Source: Pecten maximus
Lineage: Eukaryota
NCBI RefSeq assembly: GCF_902652985.1
Contig: NC_047021.1
Coordinates: 30,132,001 to 30,196,000 of the forward strand
Length of the DNA stretch: 64,000 nucleotides
Direction: 5' to 3'
Below, piece by piece: positions 11,359 to 25,900 of this stretch. Numbering within the stretch: the stretch's first letter is position 1; every line of letters begins with the position of its first letter. A model generated the notes under the pieces. It saw only the letters and a list, made by a program, of their open reading frames with translations. It was not told the origin of the DNA and made no database searches. The position numbers were made by a program, and so were the translations under genes.

Positions 11359-13949
11359 CTGTTGGTGTGACAGAGGTCAGAGGTCAGTTCAAGGTCAAAT
11401 AGGGTCACAGAAATCAGTATGGGGTCCAAATAATAATGTTTAACAAAGATGAAAAATGGGGTCAAAAAACAAATGTTAAACAAAGATGCAAATACTGTAC
11501 TTAGTTTATATACATGAAATAAGATGTCTACTGAAAATATCAGGTAGATCACTATATTACAAACCACTGGTGTCAGGTGCCAGGCTGATAAGATAAAAAC
11601 ATTCTTAATTTATAGCATATTAGAACTAGATATTAGTCACATTTTTATTAAAGATTGTTTCCCTGCTTTATACCAGAAAAAGAAATTCTAATGACATTGG
11701 CATAATTTCAAACCAATTGTCTCCCCTACTCATTGTTCTTCATTTACAAAGTAAAGGGGGCGCATAAAAAGACAACAAAACACAACACAGTAAAATGATG
11801 GGAAAATGAAAGTAAAGATACTTGGGGTTTATAAATAGGGAAAACAGGTAAAATGTATGAGGAAGGTTGGGAGTTATGGAGAATGATTAATTTGTATTCA
11901 TTATAAAAGAACAAGAGTCTCCAAGATCAACTCGTTAGGGCAAGATAAACAATATATGGGTTGAAATCAACTTAATAAAACAATAGATGGAATGATAGTT
12001 ATCTGCTTCAGGTTAAGATGTAAAGCAAGTTAAGCCACTCAAATAATGTTTGTTTTTTTATGATTTCCTTACAAAATGCAGGGCTTTTTCTGGGGGCTTT
12101 TTTGGGCCATTAATGAGCCCTATTCCCAATTGAAATTATTTCATATTTAAACTGAATTCCCAAAATTTGCAGTTTACTCATGAAAAAATCTGTCACAATT
12201 CACCAATTTTCTTCCCAAAATGAGACTTTAAGGCCCTTTCCCAAACCAGTGAGAAAAAGCCCTGAAATGATAAAGCACATTGCTAATTAGTGGTTTAAAG
12301 ATATAACTATGAGATTCCGTAATATTTAAGATAAACATTTTTGTCCCATTATTTCATGTTTTACATGGTATCTGGTAAATCATCAGGAGAATATCAAAGG
12401 GAAATATGGAAATTTCCAGCTGTATTTAAGGTCCTGTTTCATGTTGAAGTCATGCATGTACATTTAGTTTAATGAGTTATTATTCAATAAAAAGATACCA
12501 CATTTTATAGTAGATTAGACCTGGATCCAGTTATATAGCTCCATGATTAAATAAACATAGAAATCGAAACCAAAGGAAATATTTAAATGAGTTAACATAT
12601 TTATAATTGTTAGATTTAAAATCAATACAGTTTCTGTTTTTTCCTCTAATGCATTCATGTGTATTACATAAAACCTGGAACACCCAGACTGTTCACACAG
12701 GGTATGCATGGTGATAACAATGTAATGGTCAGTAACATGCCATGCTTTATACAAAGGGCAGATAACTCTATCATGGCGCTCAAGGCCACAAACACTGAAA
12801 GCTTCAACATCATTTGCAGTGAAAAGGCAAAGCCAAGAATGAGGTATGAGAATGTCATTTTAAGACTTACATTAACTGATTTGAACAAATATGATACTGC
12901 ATAATAAATTATACACACAATTCTTAATTTTCAAATTCTTCAACTGAATTATATGCCTCCAATGTGGGGAATTGGCTTCAGAAATAAAATTAGATAAAAT
13001 ATTTAAAAGGTGCATCAATTTGCACAAAATGTTTCATAAATGTGCCAAGCTGTAAGACTGGATGAGACAGAAAGACTTACTATATGATTTTTTTAGATTT
13101 GATAATTGATGATCAATTAAAATGTTTATGATTGACATGAAAGGTGTGAACTGATACAAGCATTTTTCAATCAGTTTCTAATAATAAAGCTGGTATTTTG
13201 TTGTAAAGGTCATAGAACATTGCTGAAATACAACAGCTATATACAACAACTGGTGAAAAGAAAACATGGCAGCACACCGTTTGTACCCATAACCATAGTA
13301 ACCATTCCTCCACCACCATCCCACACTCAATTATCACACGTATCCAGGGTGACCACAAAAACAGTTACATTGATTGCTTGATTTTGATGAATACTTTCAA
13401 CACAAAACTTATATATTAAAGTATTACTTAAGAAAAATGTTTTTAAGAAATATTCAAATAATTTTTTGTTTTGTTAATGCTTTTGCAAATTCTATTTAGT
13501 AATAATTGACATAATAATTGACATCATTAAAAAATATACTATGAGATCCAATCACAGTAAGGAACGAAATCAGCATCAACTGAAAACTTTATCAATAATT
13601 GTCAACGCTTATGTTTTTTTGTGAGTGCATGTTTTTTTTGGTTATTTTTTTTTTCAGATATATTTGTCGGTAAACAATGGGTCCATTTTTTGTTTGCTGG
13701 TCACCCAGATTATACATAACCTGCACCACAGGGACGTGCGTCCTCTGACTTACCGTGTAATATGGCCCAGCCTGAATATTTAAAGTGTAAGTATGTACAA
13801 ATAAAATATTACAAATACCTGTGCTATATACCTGCTTTACAGTGTAAGTATGCACCGTACAAATCATATATTACAATCACATGTGCTACATATACCTGCA
13901 CAGCGTAATTATATGATAAATAAAAATAAATATATCTACCCAACGTCCA

Positions 13950-13983
<34 letters not shown>

Positions 13984-16900
13984 ATATACAAATAAAGCAG
14001 AAGGCATTAAGTGATTATATAAACCATATTTACATAATAAGCGTTATAAGCATTAATACACCAAGTAAGCAAGCTTTAGTATGGCCTCCATGGATCGCCA
14101 AGGTTCCATTAAAGAGTGACACTCAGAAGGGAGTACATTACACTCACTTAAAATTCAAACATATATTGTGTTTAATGTAATCTAAATATAGGAATAAGTC
14201 TGTGAAAATAAAATATTTACTTAATGAATGAAATTTTAAACAGAAATTGCAAACATGTCAATCATGACAATTTTACTGTAAATAAATGTTTAAGTAGTGC
14301 ATAACTCATATTTACAAAAGACAAGTGGAATGATATTTTTTCTTTTTAATTTGCATAACTTGAGTGGTCACTGTAGATAGGCCTTACTATTCCAAATTAT
14401 ACATAATTATTTAAAAGCTTAAAATCAGCAACTAACACTAATATTGATGACAACTGGTTATACTGAACGGCTGACATCCCAGACCATTGATCTCACTGGG
14501 ACCAATATAATTATTGAATTGTCTTAAAGACAAAATTCCTCCATCCAAGGAATTTCAAATTCTCTATGTACATAATGGTTGTCCATAATTGGAGACAAAA
14601 TTCCTCCATCCAAGGAATTTCAAATTCTCTACATAATGGTTGTTAGTCATTGTGTGTTTGTGATCAGGCCATTAAAAGTATATACGCTTTTTATAATAGT
14701 TCCAGATTTCTTTATTCCCTGTTGATGTCAGCTGTGTAAGTTATACAACTATAGCATTGTAAGACTTGATACTGATAAATCCTACATCATATCACAAACA
14801 TGTATAATACAAAATGTAGCTATTCCCGATTCAATTCAAAGCCTTGTGCTATTTCCTCATGTTGAAAACAACGATCAAGTAATAAACTCAGTGTTATCCT
14901 GAGTTAAAATCTATGTTAAATAATGACACATTTTACTAAAAGCTACGTATATTTGTAAGCTAAGAGCTGTGCAAGTTATTAACCAAAGCACTGTATTCTA
15001 CGAAAAGAGAGACAACTCACTTTGGGTATTTGCTAACCGTCCCTCCAGCTTCTGCGTCACATAAGTTTCGGAAGAATTCATCAAATTTGATACGTGAGTT
15101 GGCATCCAGTGCCCCTCCTACAGACCACACGATGGAGAAGAAGAAATAGCTGATCAGCATATTGGTACGTTCTTCAATGATCTTCTGGTCGTTCATCGAT
15201 ACTGGCTTCTCCTTGGCCTCTTCATCTTCATCATCATCCTCTATAATCTCATCATCATCCTCTTCCTCTGCCCCAATGGCCCTGTACAGGGTTAATCAGT
15301 ATGTTAATTTATGATATGTACACCAATTGCCCTATAAGGCAAAATTGTGGCCAACTTGAAAAAATCCAATCATGCTTATAATACACACTTAATATCTAAC
15401 TTATCTGGACAGACATACTGTATAGTTTAAACTGGTAAACCTGGAAAAATCTATCTATAACCACTTCAGTTGAGACAGAAATCAATCTTAAGTGCTTAAT
15501 ATTGGTTGGACAGACAAGGAATAGATATCCAGATTCCAGTATATTCGAATGAACCCGTTTACCTGTTTAAATACAAAAATTCAAGGATACAGGTTGATGA
15601 ATCTGCAAAATATTAATGCTAACTTTGAAAGTATTTCTCAAATCTCAACAGAAACTGAGTTTACAAAGTTTGTCCCTACTTTATAGGGAAAACTAGTTTA
15701 GAAACTAAGATTACAACAAACAAAATCTACCTTGACGTTCTAAAGCTGGTACTTACTTGACATCCAACATAAGACAGCCATAGAGGCGGAGTAGACAGGT
15801 GGTCAGGTGGAGAGGGTGACAGCTAAGGAGAGCCTTACAGTACTTGGTAACAAACATCACACACGGGGGCAGCAGCCAATCAAAAAGCATCTGTGAAAGG
15901 TCAACAACAGGTTCATAAAATGAGTCTCAATATCAGTACAATCTGCTACGAAATGAGTCAACAGAGTATCCTTATAGTGATGGTCGATCACAACTTAATA
16001 TACTGATAGAATATCAGGGTTTATCTGGAGAAATATCACAACTTAATATACTGATGGTATATCAGGGTTTATCTGGAGAAATATCACAACTTAATATACT
16101 GATGGTATATCATGGTTTATCTGGAGAAATATCACAACTTAATATACTGATGGTATATCACGGTTTATCTGGAGAAATATCACAACTTAATATACTGATG
16201 GTATATCAGGGTTTATCTGGAGAAATATCACAACTTAATATACTGATGGTATATCACGGTTTATCTGGAGAAATATCACAACTTAATATACTGATTGTAT
16301 ATCACGGTTTATCTGGAGAAATATCACAACTTAATATACTGATGGTATATCATGGTTTACCTGGAGAAATATCACAACTTAATATACTGATGGTATATCA
16401 CGGTTTATCTGGAGAAATATCACAACTTAATATACTGATTGTATATCACGGTTTATCTGGAGAAATATCACAACTTAATATACTGATGGTATATCATGGT
16501 TTACCTGGAGAAATATCACAACTTAATATACTGATGGTATATCATGGTTTATCTGGAGAAATATCACAACTTAATATACTGATTGTATATCACGGTTTAT
16601 CTGGAGAAATATCACAACTTAATATACTGATGGTATATCAGGGTTTATCTGGAGAAATATCACAACTTAATATACTGATGGTATATCAGGGTTTATCTGG
16701 AGAAATATCACAACTTAATATACTGATTGTATATCACGGTTTATCTGGAGAAATATCACAACTTAATATACTGATGGTATATCACGGTTTATCAAGAGTT
16801 ATATCAATGTTATATGTTTTCTTACTTACTTTAATGATTTCACGTTGCTCTGCATTGAGGTTATCCGGGAGGTCATTCTCCATCCAGGACTGGACGAATG

Positions 16901-19900
16901 GCTTCCAGCCAAGCTGTAGAGGGTCCATGTAGATCATACCACATCTGTTGAGTTTGTGGAAAAAAGAAAATTTGCAACAATAATAGAAAACATCAGTTGA
17001 ATGGTAGAACGGCCATATTCCAAGGACAACTTATACCTCTACATTTTAAGACAATAGTGGCCTCTGCTCTATATATAGTTACCACGGCAATGGAATATTT
17101 TATGTCATAGTTAGTTCCTCCCATTCTTTTGGCAACGGAACCATTTTCTTCTGATGAAATATTATACCTTACCCCCATAACTATATTACATGTCAGGATG
17201 TGGCTTATTTTTTCAATCATGACGACATGTGACAAATTTACGTCATACCTGCTGACTGTGGCGGGGGATGCCTGTTCCAGATCCTGTGGCTCAAATATCA
17301 TGTTCTGTTTGTTGCTCATTTGAATGATTTCTCCACTCATCAGACACAACTGTGAACAAGAGACAACAAATCTCCTATACTATCTTAACATATTTATCCT
17401 GTAACAAGCCCAGGCGGCCAACTGATCATAAACTTTACTCAAAGTAGGGTGTTGGCATGATTGCTAGACAATTCAAAATTGATTTTTAGCATGTTCTACT
17501 GAACTGCAAGACACATGGGTGGGCTAATTAACAGGTATGGTGTTTATTGCTAGATGAATTGTATCTATAAAAGCTGGATACTAATTAGTCAGTGACAATT
17601 ACAGAGGTCATGTGTCAGAATTTTTCTTGACCGATTGGACTCCTCAATTTCAATTGGCAACACAACAAAGATAAGCAAACCCAGACAACTTTTCAGCCAT
17701 TTACCTTTTTATTGTCATCCAGGACAGTGTTCATGTTTTCGATCCACACAGCATCCACAGGCCCATCAAACACGATCCACTTCCTTAGGTCGGTTGTGCT
17801 CGAGGCGTGCTCACGGAACGTATTTGCCAGTACACCTAAACAAGAAGGATCTAAGGTGTACAAGAATTCTCTGTTGGAGTTTTTGAAATAGCAATTAGTC
17901 TGTTTTAGACATTTTAACTGTGGAATCTGCCTGAAGATATTTTTATCAAATATATTTCTCAAGTTTGAGCTTTTAGTTCACAACAGGTATCTGTTTATAA
18001 TACAGTCTACCCTTATTATATCGCCACATTTCGTCCACGACAGTTATGGCAGTCTAACGTAACGGCAATATCGTTGAGGGAAATATATAGCGATTCGGGA
18101 TGTTTGTATTTTAACAAACATGGCAAGGGTGGCAAACTTAACGAGGGAATAATCTGTTCCAGAGCTTTAGGTGGCGGTATGCGAGGGTTGCGATAGATTC
18201 GGGTGGCGATAGGTCAGAGGTAGACTGTATATAATAAGAGTTAATATTCAAGAGCATAATCTATGTTTTTACAGATATCACCTTTATTTAAAAACTTCAA
18301 TCTTTTAAATTTCATTTATAGCTACTTACCATCAAACCATTCATGAGATACTGGATCAAATCGTCCATATAACTGACCCATCGTAATAGCCTTTGGGTTT
18401 ATAATTCTATATTGGACCTGAAAAGAAAAGAGATTAAATGAAATTTTATCAAATTATACAAAATATTACCAGAAATGCAAAGCGACCATTATAGTCTTCA
18501 CATAATGGAGGCCTTTTAAATTTAAATTTCAATGGGGACATTCCACCATCCAAAATTTATTTAAATATAAAATTCATCATTGTCAGGGATGCTCCACCAT
18601 TCAAAAGTTACTCATATACAAAATTGACCATTGGTAGCTAGTTATAAACGAAAATGAGGTATCTATTTCTTTCAACAAAGCAAAGACTGTTGATTGAAAT
18701 ATCCCCGATTCACTATTTAACTATCCTCAAAAAATGTCCTTGTAAATGTCCGCCAAGTATAAACAGGGGTCACTTGTAACTAACCTTATGTTCGTCCATC
18801 TTGCCACTCTTACTCATATCCCCGAGGGTAGCAGCGAGTGCCTTGAAGGCATTTGTCTTCCCGCCGAGGGGATCCCCCACAATCATCAGACCGTGTCTCA
18901 CGAGGATCATATCGTATATCTGTAACATGTAGCACAAGTTTCAATAATGGTTCATTACATAATTCAAGCTTTCTCAAAGATACTGAAGTTTAGAATACAG
19001 GAATAACATCACTTCAATGATATATATTTCAGTACAATCATTTCATTTGTGTGATAAATTATTTACCTCTGTGTAAAAACATTTATTGCATTATTAATAT
19101 TTACAAGTTCAAAAAATATATACATGCATGATAAAGATATGTTTTCACCTACTGGGTAAAGTATTATCCATAATAAAAGTTCAAATTTTGAAATATTTAT
19201 CTGTATGGTTAAGTGTTTACTTCTGGTAATCTATTTACCTGTATGGTTAAGTGTTTACATGCGTTAATCTATTTACCTGTACTATGAAATGTTTACTTGT
19301 GGTAATCTATTTACCTGTACTATGAAATGTTTACCTGCGGTAATCTATTTACCTGTACTATAAAATTTTTACCTGCGGTAGTCTATTTACCTGTACTATG
19401 AACTGTTTACTTGTGGTAATCTATTTACCTATGACATTTTACTCAACTGTATTAAGAATAAATTACCTGTGATAATTTACTTATCTGTATGATGAATTTT
19501 TGATCTGTGATATATTTACCTGTATTAAGAATAAATTACCTGTGATAATTTACTTACCTGTATGATTTTATCTAGGTACCAGGGTACAGCCTGGAGTTTA
19601 CATTTCTTGAGGTTCTCAATAAGAGCTTCCTGCAAGTCTCCGTAGTCCATCGCTGGCAGTTGTATCCCTGGGAACAGATCCGATATGATTCCCTCAAACA
19701 GCGGGATGTCTTGGGATAAAAACTAAAAGACAAACAATAATGACATGCTTATCATTAAAGACTTATTGAAACAGATTTATCATTTTAAAATTTTACACAG
19801 GAGAAAATGTAAAGTTGGATTTTCTGACATTTCTCTCACACAATCAGTAATATTTTAGATACCTTTTATTCTAAAATAATAAGAACTTGACCTAAAACTA

Positions 19901-22900
19901 AAGGGACATGGGCTTAATGCAAGGACAATACAATTGTCAGAATACAACATAGCTAACCAAGTTGGTTGAAATTTAGAATTAATTTTTAAATTCAGAATTA
20001 ATTTTTAAAAGTAGGTCAAGGTCAGGGTAAGGATATCCGCAAATGTAGTATCAATGGTCTTGTCACAAAGAACACCTGTCAGATATGATAGATCTATCTC
20101 ATACGGATAATATACTGTGGCCAAGGATAAAGTATTTTATAAGTAAGTCAAAGGTCTCGGTCAAGGTCAGCAGGTTCCATCCCAGCGAGCTAATAATAGC
20201 ATTTGGTAGCATATTCACTGAACTGTAATAGACACTTATTGGTGTCTTACCGAGTCATTGGCTTATTGCCAGGTAAATACTGCTATTGGATCATATCAAA
20301 CAGATATTGGATAAGTTTCCATGCTCTTGTTACCAAAGAATATAACTGTTCTCTGATACTGTACAGAAAGTATGATAGTTCTTCTCTGTTTCTGTACAGA
20401 AAGTATAATAGTTCTTCTCTGTTACGGTACAATATTCTATTATCCTGATATTCAGTGACGTACCTTTGGAAGGTTAATGTCGTTGATTGACTTCAGCACC
20501 AATACGTCCTCTCTCTGTTCTGGGTATTTCAGTTTCAGACTCCCAGCAGCCGTCAACACAGACTTCACAGCACGCATCCCGTAGTCGTAGTGGTGCTGTG
20601 ATGATAACAGTTCTGAGCACAATCTATATGTGGCCACAATTTTTGTTGACATGCTACGCGCATCTACAAATCCCATGGAATAGAGCGATATCTCAGCAAT
20701 CATGGCGTAGTCGGGCACCATCATGGCAACAGTACGAAACAATACCTTCAAATTGTCTGGCAGTTCTGCACGCCCTGCATACCCAGGGTTCATAGTAATA
20801 AATATTGTACATGTTGGGTCAATCGAAATGTTTGTACCCTCAAACATGAACATCTTAACCTGCTCCGCAATGGCTCTCTGTATCGTCTGGACTTGCTGGG
20901 CAATGACAGACAACACCTGTAAACGAAACATAAAATCATGTTGCTATAGTAACAGGCACCTTGACCTTGGATCAAATGACAAAGCATCAAGGACACTGGA
21001 CACAGCTTCTTTGTTATGTGGACAAACTGGTTTGTCAATTTTTGTTACTTTTCAGACATAAATCTTGACAGACCTACAGTTGTTGATTATATATTGAAGG
21101 TCACACGGTTCTTCATATTTCAACAACTAATAACTCTAGTCTAATCATGGTCAAAATGAAAGTGGTCTAAAATTCCATTAAGTGACCTTTTTACCAAGAA
21201 CAGCCTTTGTATAATCTTAGCATGTTGGCCTACTTTCTATGGTAAATGGAGATTTAGTAATGTCTCACAGTCGTCACAGAATAACAGACAATACAACGAA
21301 TGTAAAATCTTTCTGTGTGAAGAATTAATTCAATTTGTACAAAAAACAAGACATAAGTATATATCTCTATAAGTAAAACCAAAATCTGGAATCTCCTTTA
21401 ATTAGATAAGAATTCAAAAGTAATTAACAGTGAAGTCTGGTCCTTTCTCTATTTAAATACATTTAAAGACATACGTAAGCTTTCCTGAAATGGATCCACT
21501 AGGTAAGTTAAGTCATGAAAGTTTGCCATAATCGCCATATTGTTCATTCACAAGAAATGGATCCACTAGGTAAGTTAAGTCATGAAAGTTTGCCATAATC
21601 GCCATATTGTTCATTCACAAGAGGCCGATACATTACCTCTAACTCTATTCTGTTGAATTCATCAAAACACGCCCAGGCTCCAGACTGGGCCAGGCCCTTG
21701 AAGAACTTGCCCATGGCTTTGTAGTCAAGTCCGTCCGAGCAGTTAAATACTACACACTGAAATCACAACCAAATCAAATTTCAGGAGCATATTAAGGAAG
21801 TAGTGTTGTATGTATTGGGAAATATCAAAATAATATCATCAGGAATCAGACGTAGGAATAGTATAGGGTCGTGACAAGTAGAGACAAACTGGTTCATTGT
21901 TCCAGGATAAGCCTGGGTATCTACTGATAATATGTTGAGTACCTGTTTGGCCACGGCCTTGGCGAGATCTTTGGATGTCTCAGTTTTGCCAGTTCCGGCG
22001 GGTCCTTCTGGGGCACCGCCCAGATTTAACAGCAATGCTCCCATCAAGGTTCTGTAAAAGTACAGATCACACAATAATGAAATGTTCATCTTCAACTCAA
22101 TATAAAATATTGGGCACTAATCTGAATATTTAGGCAGTTTTTACCTTTAAGAAAATTCTTAAATAGCTGACTTTCAAAGTATAAACTTTTGTTAAATAAA
22201 ATTCAGAGAAGATATCAAACTTCTTAAATATGACAAGATTTTGTGACTTTTGCTCTGAATCTTAGAATTTCTCAAAGTATATTTTCATTACCCAGTACTT
22301 ATTCGAGTTTATACTTACCTGTAACACCTGTCTGTGAGTGGGGTAATGACTAGACGCCCTGTGTTGCCCAGGTACTCGTAGGCATAAGCTACAGTTGTGG
22401 TGATCATTTTCACCATGACAGAGTTGTCCTCAAAGTAGTAGCGAAGCTGACTTATCCAGGAGAAATCTACTGGACTACTCATCTCCAGCTTAGCTAGGTT
22501 AGCTATGACATCTCGGGCTGTGGGGACACAACAAAGTTAACCACTTATATCATCTCGATGTTTCGTATCATATAATCCAGTCCATTTAGCAAAATTCATC
22601 TGTATGTTAACTTATATTCCTACTTATTATCAATGGTGGTATAGACCAAACTTTCTTTGAAATAACTTTCAATTATCTTCTGAAATATCTCCATAATATA
22701 CCTGCCGTTTTCATAAGTTATGAATTTCTATATGTCATGAAAATATTTGAGACTGGTGAGAATAACTTGATCCAGATGCTACACAAACAGTGTCTAAGTG
22801 TACTAAACATAAATATATTGTGGGCCTCCGTCTACTGACCATGGACGTCTATGACGATGAGAGCCTCCAGAGTGATCCTAGCCATCTTGGTGAGTGAGCC

Positions 22901-25900
22901 TCGTACCATCTGTACGACCTCGTCTATCTGTTTGTTACTCTTAGCCAGGTACGGCCCCAGGTAGTTACTGTTGATAGCCTACAAAACATTAATGTGTAAA
23001 ACTATCAAAGTTGATCAATTCTATTAACAAAAAGTACAAAATGAATGTAGCAAGAAAATTGAATCAACCATTTGAATAATGAAAAATAATTTTCCTTGCA
23101 TTTCCTATCCATTTACCTGTATGTCCTCAGTATTAACATGTATGAATTTAATATGAACTTGTATGATAGGTGTATTTACATTTACCTGTATGAATTACTT
23201 TTACCTGTATGACCTGTGTATTTACCCGTATGGCCAATACATTTACCTGTATGACCTGTCTATTTACTTGTATGAATTACTATTTACCTGTATGGCTTAT
23301 ACATTTACCTGTATGGCATATACATTTACCTGTATGACCTGTGTATTTACCTGTATGAATTACTATTTACCTGTATGGCAAATACATTTACCTGTATGGC
23401 CTATACATTTACCTGTATGACCTGTGTATTTACCAGTATGAATTACTATTTACCTGTATGGCCAATACATTTACCTGTATGGCCAATACATTTACCTGTA
23501 TGACCTGTCTATTTACCAGTATGAATTACTATTTACCTGTATGGCCAATACATTTACCTGTATGGCCAATACATTTACCTGTATGACCTGTCTATTTACC
23601 TGTATGAATTACTATTTACCTGTATGGCCAATACATTTACCTGTATGGCCTATACATTTACCTGTATGACCTGTGTATTTACCAGTAAGAATTATTATTT
23701 ACCTGTATGACATATGTATTTATTTTGTATGACCTTTACATTTACTTGTATATCCTGTGTATTTACCTGTATGATCTATATACTTACATGTATGACCTTT
23801 ATAATTACCTGTTTGACTTATGTATTCACTTTATATGAATATAGCATTTACTTGCATGACCTATATATTTGCCTGTATGACCTGTGCGTTTACTTGTATG
23901 ACCTTTATTTACCTGCGTGACCTCTGTTGTCCAGTGGATCTGACTTGCTGCCAGCACTATCTGTCCTGGCCATTGTAACACCCACTCATGTCTTGGACAA
24001 TTGGGGTAAGCTTTAACAGCCTTAATTGACACCTCTCTCAGACTGAGTTTCATCACGTCCTCGACCTGCAGCGAATTACCATCATATTTCAATATATTTG
24101 TGATCAAACATTTCAACAATAGCATTTGAGTAAGCTATGTAAAAGTAGGCAGACTTCATAATGAGAACAATTGAAGTCATATTAAGATATACCTGATCAT
24201 TATCATACAGCAGCTTATTTTAAACTCTACTAAAAAAATACTGGTATTACAATATAATGTACACAAAATGTATAATATCCATGACATCTGCATCACCTAC
24301 CTGTAACAGCCATCGCTCCACCAGGCCACAAGCATCCGCTGGGATGATGGTCTTTGAGAACTGTACGATCTCCTTCTCTGCAGACTCCATGGCGAGGATG
24401 ACCTTGTCCGGGTCGAAGCTGAGCTGGGCGATACCTTCAAAGCATTTCTTTAGGTGAGGCTGTACCCTCAATGGATCCTTAGTCTCAGAGAGTATCTCCA
24501 ACAGCTCATCATTAGAGAGGAAGAAAAACCTGGATAAACAATATCAAACATATACTAAATGTTCAAACATATACTAAATGTTTAAACATATACTAAATGT
24601 AATGTTTGAAGTCTTTCTTTTTATTATCTAAAACAAAAGAATGAATTTCATTTGGTTGAATCATTTCATTTACCTTTGTCAGATACATCAACATTCCTTT
24701 ACTTAAGGAAATTCCTTAACATTAAATTTTCAATATCAATGCATTATCATATTTAAGGAAATAATCTCAGTTTAGGAACTATACACAAATTCCTTAATGC
24801 TTGACGGCAGTGAATACCCCCTCCCAGCAATCTAAAATCCACATGGTACACATGTATTGAGTTATACAGACCTTGGAAAGAACAGCCTTTTCTTCTCCAG
24901 GTAGTCATTGAGTCCCTTCTGGATATCGTCCAACATAGACTGTGAAAACAAAGGAAAGATACAAATTCAAATTATGGATTAGGAAAAGCATTCATTCCAT
25001 TTCAAACTAAAACGGAGCTAAAAAACAAATGATATGAACTTGGAGGAATAAAAAATGTAAATGTATGTGAAAAGGTAATTAAACATTCAAGATATTTCAG
25101 TAATATTTCAGTAATTGCACACAAAGAAAATTACATTTTAACTTGAAATATTAACTTAATGTAATGCTAGCTTCTCATATGTTCCTTAAGAAGAAAAAGT
25201 GACCCTGACCTTAAATTATTGAAGCAATTTAAAATTGAAAGTATGGATAGACAGGGATGAACTATCTGGTGGACAGAACACATGCTACACATAAAGAATT
25301 AACACCTGCAGGCTCTAGAATTTTAATATTTATATACATTCTTTGTCCCCAATAACTCCACATTTTAAATATGTATACATCGTTAATATACCTCAGATTT
25401 CTGTAACTTTTCCAGCATCTGATCTTGTGAGCAAACCACCTGGGCCTTTGTATTAAGTACGGCATGCTCCATAATGGTTTTCCTGTGTGAGACAATAGTT
25501 AATATTATATTTATTCATATCAGAAACTTTTGTCTCAATTTCTAATTTCAATTTATTAATGGCATGTTAATCTTTCCAAGATCATTTTTCTAACTCAAGC
25601 TCATGTATTTATTAATGCAGAAAAACAATAGCAGTTGTTTATAGACATGTCAACTTTTTGAATTTGAAATCTAGGGGAGAAACCAATCTGTGAGAAAAGA
25701 GATACAATATTGCCTGTATCAGCTGTTCTATGGTATTACAATATGGAATCAAGATTCTAGGATGTGTCAAGAGTAAAAGAAACTAATGGCTACAGGATAT
25801 CTTGATTGATATACTCTCTGCTTCCACAACAAATCATTAAAGGGATAAAGAACTCGGAGAAATGTCATCTGAATGATAAATAAATTGACAGCACTTGACT

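Noticed and set aside
16054-16932. 292-aa ORF of 16-aa repeats
   Set aside because: A 48-nt minisatellite plus the antisense of a dynein exon.
20487-21061. Plus-strand ORFs overlapping dynein exons
   Set aside because: Antisense shadows of the coding exons.
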